Source: Macrostomum hystrix
Taxonomy: Eukaryota > Animalia > Platyhelminthes
NCBI GenBank assembly: GCA_950097015.1
Contig: CATNEN010000002.1
Span: forward strand, 3,968,001 to 4,032,000
DNA length: 64,000 bases
Direction of reading: 5' to 3'
Position numbers and translations under genes: made by a program. Below the pieces are notes generated by a model. The model saw only the letters and a list, made by a program, of their open reading frames with translations. It was not told the origin of the DNA and did not search any database. Positions 50,736 to 59,700 of this stretch are shown here, piece by piece; position 1 is the first letter of the stretch, and the number at the start of each line of letters is the position of its first letter.

Positions 50736-53700
50736 CAGCTGGTCATTTTGTGTCTGCTCAAAGAGATCAGCGCCGATTAACTGAGAACATGCCTTACAGG
50801 CCGCTGCAGCGAAGACTAGAGCGTGGACTTCTAAGACGAAGACGAGCAGTGTCTGCTGCTGATCTTGTGAGACAGTAGATGGTGGACTGTGAGACAGTAG
50901 ATGGTGGACTGTGAGACAGTAGATGGTGGACTGTGAGACAGTAGATGGTGGACTGTGAGACAGCAGATGGTGGACTGTGAGACAGTAGATGGTGGACTGT
51001 GAGACAGCAGATGGTGGACTGTAAGACAGTAGATGGTAGACTGTGAGACAGCAGATGGTGGACTGTGAGACAGTAGATGGTAGACTGTGAGACAGTAGAT
51101 GGCAGACTGTGAGACAGTAGATGGTGGACTGTGAGACAGTAGATGGTGGACTGTGAGACAGCAGATGGTGGACTGTGAGACAGTAGATGGTAGACTGTGA
51201 GACAGCAGATGGTAGACTGTGAGACAGTAGATGGCAGACTGTGAGACAGCAGATGGTAGACTGTGAGACAGTAGATGGTGGACTGTGAGACAGTAGATGG
51301 TGGACTGTGAGACAGTAGATGGTGGACTGTGAGACAGTAGATGGTGGACTGTGAGACAGTAGATGGTGGACTGTGAGACAGTAGATGGTGGACTGTGAGA
51401 CAGTAGATGGTGGACTGTGAGACAGCAGATGGTGGACTGTGAGACAGTAGATGGTGGACTGTGAGACAGCAGATGGTGGACTGTGAGACAGTAGATGGTG
51501 GACTGTGAGACAGTAGATGGTGGACTGTGAGACAGTAGATGGTGGACTGTGAGACAGCAGATGGTGGACTGTGAGACAGTAGATGGTAGACTGTGAGACA
51601 GCAGATGGTAGACTGTGAGACAGTAGATGGCAGACTGTGAGACAGCAGATGGTAGACTGTGAGACAGTAGATGGTAGACTGTTAGACAGTAGATGGCAGA
51701 CTGTGAGACAGTAGATGGTAGACTGTGAGACAGTAGATGGCAGACTGTGAGACAGCAGATGGTAGACTGTGAGACAGCAGATGGTAGACTGTGAGACAGT
51801 AGATGGCAGACTGTGAGACAGTAGATGGTAGACTGTGAGACAGAAGATGGTAGACTGTGAGACAGTAGATGGTAGACTGTGAGACAGTAGATGGTAGACT
51901 GTGAGGTAGATGATAGACCATATGAGGCGATGAAAGATTGTAAAAAAGGTCTTCATTGATCTCTGTGTCTAAAACTATTTTTGTCTTATATCTTCTCGTC
52001 TTCTGTGTTAAATGATTGCCGTGTTCGCAAGATCAATTTCGCTTCAAACCAAACAAACAAACAGAGCTTGTTACCGGAGGTTGAGCTACTGGAGTCGAGT
52101 CTGAGCAGTCTTCAAGATGTCGCCCGTTCGCTGATTGACATCTCCGAGTCTCCGTCGTTGCGAGCGGAGGTGCAGCGAAACCTAAAGTGAGTTACTGCCG
52201 ATTTCTAAGCAAATTGCTAGTCACGGGATCTGATGCAGGGGCGGTGTCTGGGATCTGATGCAGGGGTGGTGTCTGGGATCTGATGTAGGGGTGGTGTCTG
52301 GGATCTGATGTAGGGGTGGTGTCTGGGATCTGATGCAGGGGTGGTGTCTGGGATCTGATGCAGGGGTGGTGTCTGGGATCTGATGCAGGGGTGGTGTCTG
52401 GGATCTGATGCAGGGGTGGTGTCTGGGATCTGATGCAGGGGTGGTGTCTGGGATCTGATGCAGGGGTGGTGTCTGGGATCTGATGCAGGGGTGGTGTCTG
52501 GGATCTGATGCAGGGGTGGTGTCTGGGATCTGATGCAGGGGTGGTGTCTGGGATCTGATGCAGGGGTGGTGTCTGGGATCTGATGCAGGGGTGGTGTATG
52601 GGATCTGATGCAGGGGTGGTGTCTGGGATCTGATGCAGGGGTGGTGTCTGGGATCTGATGCAGGGGTGGTGTCTGGGATCTGATGCAGGGGTGGTGTCTG
52701 GGATCTGATGCAGGGGTGGTGTCTGGGATCTGATGCAGGGGTGGTGTCTGGGATCTGATGCAGGGGTGGTGTCTGGGATCTGATGCAGGGGTGGTGTCTG
52801 GGATCTGATGCAGGGGTGGTGTCTGGGATCTGATGCAGGGGTGGTGTCTGGGATCTGATGCAGGGGTGGTGTATGGGATCTGATGCAGGGGTGGTGTCTG
52901 GGATCTGATGCAGGGGTGGTGTCTGGGATCTGATGCAGGGGTGGTGTCTGGGATCTGATGCAGGGGTGGTGTCTGGGATCTGATGCAGGGGTGGTGTCTG
53001 GGATCTGATGCAGGGGTGGTGTCTGGGATCTGATGCAGGGGTGGTGTCTGGGATCTGATGCAGGGGTGGTGTCTGGGATCTGATGCAGGGGTGGTGTCTG
53101 GGATCTGATGCAGGGGTGGTGTCTGGGATCTGATGCAGGGGTGGTGTCTGGGATCTGATGCAGGGGTGGTGTCTGGGATCTGATGCAGGGGTGGTGTCTG
53201 GGATCTGATGCAGGGGTGGTGTCTGGGATCTGATGCAGGGGTGGTGTCTGGGATCTGATGTAGGAGTGGTGTCTGGATCTGATGCAGGGGTGGTGTCTGG
53301 GATCTGATGCAGGGGTGGTGTCTGGGATCTGATGCAGGGGTGGTGTCTGGGATCTGATGTAGGGGTGGTGTGAGCGGAAACTGGTGATATTGTTGGTTAA
53401 ATCATTTTCAGTGAGTCAGCCAGTCAGACAGTGGAAATCCGGTCTCGCTTGGACAACCAGCTGGCGGAGCTGCAGCCGCTGGCTGAGGAATACCGCCTGC
53501 TTGAATCCGACGGTCGGCTGCTCTGCGACTCCATGCGGCTGCACCTGGCGGAGGCGGCCCGTCCGGTTGAATCGCTGCCGCTGGAGGCGGAGGCCATTCA
53601 GAAGCTGATCGATGAGCACAAGGTGACATTTTTGTTAAAGCCTTTTAAAAGTACATTCTAACCAAGAGATCTAGAGCTCAAATAGTGGCGACCGCACAGT

Positions 53701-56700
53701 CCATGGACAGAACTGGGGACGTGAAACCACCTAATTTATCTTAGGTGTCGTATTTATCTTTCGGCTGTAAAAATTACATTTTCGAATAAAAATCACACCA
53801 TTCTCAGAAATTAAAGTGCATTTTCGCTAACTAAAGTACATCCCTATCAAAAAGTACAATCTGTCACGTGATCTTAAACTTTCTTCTACATAAACACTCT
53901 TGGGGGGTGAGTGGCTGAGCGGTTATCGCGTTTGCCTCTCGCACCGCGGTCCCTAAGTTCGATTCCACGGCGAGGCCACATTTATTTGGGACGCTGCCGC
54001 GGAGAGAAGGCTTGGTGGCTTGTCGTGCAATTTACGCCCTTGAGGGCCAACCTCCAAAGAATAGTTCGAGTGTACATTGCCTGACGATGAGAAAGTCAGG
54101 GCAGATGTACACACGTGTGAGTGTGAGCCTGTGTACAGTATCTGTGTGCGTGTGTGCTCAGGAGTCAGCGAAATGGGCAGAATTGTCTCCTCGCTGGCTG
54201 CAGGTCTAGTGTCGCCAAATGATGTGCCATTGCCCGCAGCCTTCCTGAAATCATTACTGTTATTGTTCTTAATATTTATTTTATTTTTATTATCATTATT
54301 TTATTGAGACACTTCACAACAGCGTGTCACGAAAAAATTCGAAACCTAATTCGCAGATTCGAACTGCCGACCTACTAGACAATTGTCGCCGATCCCTGAC
54401 AAGTTTAATCGATCGGTCTCGCCGGCTAGTCAAACGTTTGCCACCGTCGGCAGCGACAATGTCCGCTGAACGGGCCGCCCTTCGTCGGCGCGGCTCCGAC
54501 GCTGAGCAGCTTCTGTCGGCGACAACCGCGGCCACCGCCGAGCGCGGTCGTCAGCTGGCCTCGGCGCTGGAAGTCAGGCGCCGGTTCGAATCCGAGCTGG
54601 ACGACTGCGCCAGCCGAATCCATCGTGCTGAAGTGAAAATCTTCGCCGAGCTGCAAAGCATCGACAGCGGCTTCGGCGAGGCCGAAATCTCGTCAAAAAT
54701 TCGTCTGGCTTTGGACGAAGTGAAATCGTTGGCTGATCAACTGACCCTGCTGCGCGAGCTTCAACGCCGAGTGCTGGTTACGACGACAACCGTCAGCGAT
54801 GTCAGCGACGATCGGGCGATTGAGGCTGACGCGTATTTGACCACAGAGAAGACGCTGAGCGACTTGGAGGAGAGGTACTCCGGCGGCTTCAAAACTGCTT
54901 AGCAGTAGAATGACCATGGGGAAATGGCGAAAACCCTTCCACAATATTCAACCATTGGCCATGCAAATCCAGAACACGGGCTAAAATTTTCCGCTCTATC
55001 CGATGAGACGACTTCCAGAATCACTAAAAATCGGCATCGTCGAGATATTCAACGAATCTCGTCGTTGGGATGTCTGGTCTCTAATAAAAAAACTAATTTA
55101 GGCTAAATAAATGTCCCGACGATGCTGACGCGGACGACTATGAAAGTTTATCGTGAAGGCTGGAAAAAATTTTATTCAGATGGGGGGACTTTCACGAAAA
55201 TCGGTCATTCGGCTTGGAAGCTGTCCTGAAACAGGCAGTGGGTATTTGAAATTCCCATCCCGTGGCTTTTCCCTTGGGAGATTTACAGCGGTCTTTCTCC
55301 TCTTAATCAAGGACCCCTAGTTACTGAGTGTTTTCTGTGTTGTTTCAGGAGCTGCGTTTATTTTAGTCACCAATGCATAAGGGAAACTGCGAGATGTCAA
55401 AGCTTCCACTTTCAGGTGTTTAACAGTAATATGAAATTGATGATTTCACAAAAATGCTTGACGGAGACAGTAGACAGTAGATGGTAGACTGTGAGACAGT
55501 AGATGGTAGACTGTGAGACAGTAGATGGTAGACTGTGAGACAGTAGATTGTAGACTGTGAGACAGTAGATGGCAGACTGTGAGACAGTAGATGGTAGACT
55601 GTGAGACAGTAGATGGCAGACTGTGAGACAGTAGATGGCAGACTGTGAGACAGTAGATGGTAGACTGTGCGACAGCAGATAGTAGACTGTGAGACAGTAG
55701 ATGGTGGACTGTGAGACAGTAGATGGTGGACTGTGAGACAGTAGATGGCAGACTGTGAGACAGTAGATGGTGGACTGTGAGACAGCAGATAGTAGACTGT
55801 GAGACAGCAGATGGTAGACTGTGAGACAGTAGATGGTGGACTGTGAGACAGCAGATAGTAGACTGTGAGACAGTAGATGGTAGACTGTGAGACAGTAGAT
55901 GGTAGACTGTGAGACAGTAGAAGGTAGACTGTGAGACAGTAGATGGTAGACTGTGAGACAGTAGATGGTAGATTGTGAGACAGTAGATGGTAGACTGTGA
56001 GACAGTAGATGGTAGACTGTGCGACAGTAGATGGTTGACACAGTAGCTAAATTTGGGCAGGAAAAGTGAAGATCTCCGTTGTGTATTTTTCGAAAAAAGC
56101 ATCCCCTTTCAACTTTTTCTAAGAAACGTAGTTTCCCGTCCTTTTACTCCTAGTGGTTCCCTGTTTATTTAACTGCTCATTTCAACCGCTCCTTCTGTCA
56201 GGCACGCCAGACTCGGTCACCAAGCTGTGGCACTCCGGGCACGTCAGCGACAGGCTCACGTTGACGCAGCCGCAGCTCGCGAGCAGCTGGACAAGGCGGC
56301 GGCTTGGATATGCGATGCCGAGGCCGAACTAGCCAGCCAGGATTCTATGAAAGATTCCGATAACAATTTTGGTCAAATTGAAACCGAATCAATGCAGCGA
56401 CAGTTGCGTAGAATGCGCGAACTCGAAGCGGCCGGGCGTGGCATCGGCGACTTGCTCAACGGTGTTGCCGGAGCTGGCGCAGGCGGCGAGATTCAAAGCC
56501 TTCGCGAACGGCTGGATAAGTGAGTGAAGATTTAGAATAAAATGTTTCTATTTCTACTGTAAGCAGAGTAGTGCAGATTTTGCATCTGGTTTTTGCTAGG
56601 GAATTTTTATTACGCTTGTAAAAAATCTTCATTTGTTCTATAACTGTGGGGCTTCAAATTTGCCTAAGATTGTTTTGGAACAAGGGCGAGATCGCAGCAG

Positions 56701-59700
56701 AAGGAGACAGTGGGGCAGAGAGAGAGTTTGAGTACCACCTCACAATGCTCTTCTAGTTTGTCTGTTTCATTAGAGAGAAGAATTCTTTCTTGTCCAATTT
56801 AAAATCTGCTTTCTTCTTAAAAAATTGCTTTTAACCTTCTACAGTGCGAGAGTCTGCACTGCTCAGGCCTCTAACATATCTGCCATTCTCTCCCTCCATT
56901 CTTATTAAGCCTTTAAAATGTGAATGCACATTCATTCGGACTGTTCAATTTTATAATTTTCCGATTTCTCAAAGATTTTAAGTTTCTTTTATTAGAATAG
57001 AACAGGAACCAGTCTTTGTTAGGATATCCCTGGTATAGTTAGTTAGTTAGTTAGTTTGAGCACTGCTCAAAGAGCATGCTTTCTCAGCGGAGCTCAGAGG
57101 CCGCTGACGACAGCTCAGCACTGAATTCGGCCGACTATTTCAGACTGGCAGCCGCTTTGAAGGATCGCGTCCGCAGCCTGACCACGGCGCTGGAGTCGCG
57201 ACAGGAGCTTCGCCATCGCCTATGGGAGGCTGCCAGACGTGTCGACCAGTGCGGCATCGAGCTGATGCGCATCAGCCAGCCGGTGGGATACAGATCCCAG
57301 GATGCTGACAACGCGCTGGACTTGCATCGGGTGAGTGCCTATCTAGCTGGTGTCTGAGATGCCTGTATCTCATCACTTGGTGACACCAGACCCGCAGCCA
57401 GCGAGGAGGCAGTTCTGCTCATTTCGCTGACTCCTGAGCACACATCTGCCCTGACTTACTCATCGTCCGACAGTGTACACTCTCACTGTGCCTTGGCGGT
57501 TGGCCCTCGAGGGCGTAAATTGCACGACAAGCCCCCAAGCCTTCTCTCCGCGGCTGCGCCCCAAATGAATGTGGCCTCGCCGCGGAATCGAGCTCAGGGA
57601 CCTTGGTGCGAGAGGCAAACACGTTAGACTGCTCAGCCACTCACTCACTCATCGTCAAGCTTTTTAAGTCCATCGCTCTGACTCCTGAGCAAACAAGAGT
57701 TTTCTTAATCCCTTATTGCAACAAATTTAATCCTTAATCAAAATAAAATTGAATTCCTAACAGGATCTTCGGACACGCTTAGACGATCTTTCCTCCGAGC
57801 TGGCCGACTTGGAGGTCAGTTCCACCGGTCTGCACGACCCCGAGCTGGAGCGCGACCTCTCGGCCGCCTCAGCGAAGCTGTCCGACGCGGCTTCGAGTCT
57901 GGACCAGCGCCTGCCGTGGCTGGAGCAGGGCCTGCGGATTCGACGTGACTTCGAAGACGAATTGAAACGATTGGGCCAGTCCGCAGACGAAGCCGAATCT
58001 GACTTGCAACAACTGCTGTCTATGGCCAAAACTGGGGCGGCTGCCAGCACGGAACATCAGGACTGGCTGGCGAGCTGTCAGGTTAGTCTGTTTGGGTGTC
58101 TAGTAGACTGTTTTGGCGCGTAGAGTGTAGACTACAGTACAGTCTGGTAGACTGTACTGGTGGTTGGGGTGTCTGGTAGACAGTACTGGTGGTTGGGGTG
58201 TCTGGTAGACTGTACTGGTGGTTGGGGTGTCTGGTAGACAGTACTGGTGGTTGGGGTGTCTGGTAGACAGTACTGGTGGTTGGGGTGTCTGGTAGACTGT
58301 ACTGGTGGTTGGGGTGTCTGGTAGACTGTACTGGTGGTAGGGGTGTCTGGTAGACAGCACTGGTGGTTGTGGTGTCTGGTAGACTGTACTGGTGGTTGCG
58401 GTGTCTGGTAGACTGTTGTGCTGGTTAGGGTGTCGGGTAGACTGTACTGGTGGTTGTGGTGTCTGGTAGACTGTTCTGCTGGTTAGGGTGTCTGGTAGAC
58501 TGTACTGGTGGTTAGGGGGTCTGGTAGACTGTTCTGCTGGTTGTGGTGTCGGGTAGACTGTACTGGTGGTTGGGGTGTCTGGTAGACTGTACTGGTGGTT
58601 AGGGGGTCTGGTAGACTGTACTGGTGGTTGTGGTGTCGGGTAGACTGTTCTGCTGGTTAGGGTGTCTGGTAGACTGTACTGGTGGTTAGGAGGTCTGGTA
58701 GACTGTTCTGCTGGTTGTGGTGTCGGGTAGACTGTACTGGTGGTTGGGGTGTCTGGTAGACTGTACTGGTGGTTAGGGGGTCTGGTAGACTGTTCTGGTG
58801 GTTGGGGTGTCGGGTAGACTGTTCTGGTGGTTGGGGTGTCTGGTAGACTGTTCTGGTGGTTGGGGTGTCTGGTAGACTGTACTGGTGGTTGGGGTGTCTG
58901 GTAGACTGTTGTGCTGGTTAGGGTGTCTGGTAGACAGCACTGGTGGTTGTGGTGTCTGGTAGACTGTACTGGTGGTTGTGGTGTCTGGTAGACTGTTCTG
59001 CTGGTTAGGGTGTCTGGTAGACTGTACTGGTGGTTAGGGGTACCATGTACCATGTTATCAGTCTAGTACATGTGGTATTTTGAAAAGTTTTTTGGCAAAG
59101 AATATCCTTAAAGCCCTACTGCTTACTGGTCTCATAAGTAGCATGTAACGCGCCAAATCTCCAGCTGCTTCGCCAGCGCCTGGGCGAAGATCGAGCCAGC
59201 GTTGAGCAGCTGATGCGAGTGGCTCAGCTCATCGGCAGCGAGGGCGTCGCCCGCGACCGCGAGGCCGTCCACGCCGGGGCCCACCGACTGCGCGAGGATG
59301 TCGAATCTCTGCAGCGCCGGCTGGACGAAGCCCTGACGTCGCAGGAGCAGCCAGCTATCAGCGATGGCGGTGTCGAAGACGGAGACAGCCGAGCAGACTG
59401 GGCGATCGATCGATTGAAAGGCCTCGCTGAAAAAATGCGACAACGGGGAGGCCTGCCGTACAGGGCTGAGGCGCTGCAGAGAATCATTCAGTGGACCAAG
59501 GTGCGTTGAAGTGGACGGAATCGGCATTTAGGTTGGCTAGATTTAGACATTTAGGTTGGCTAGATTTAGACATTTAGGTTGGCTAGATTTAGACATTTAG
59601 GTTGGCTAGATTTAGACATTTAGGTTGGCTAGATTTAGACATTTAGGTTGGCTAGATTTAGACATTTAGGTTGGCTAGATTTAGACATTTAGGTTGGCTA

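Noticed and set aside
54075-54110. Hammerhead-like CTGACGA...GAAA in the SINE A body
   Set aside because: Only 3 nt separate the motifs (no helix II), and the bases are used in a simple hairpin.
50562-59053. Minus-strand ORFs 50562-51956, 55412-56102 and 58100-59053, plus similar repeat ORFs at 41377, 42887 and 47805
   Set aside because: They are products of minisatellite periodicity.
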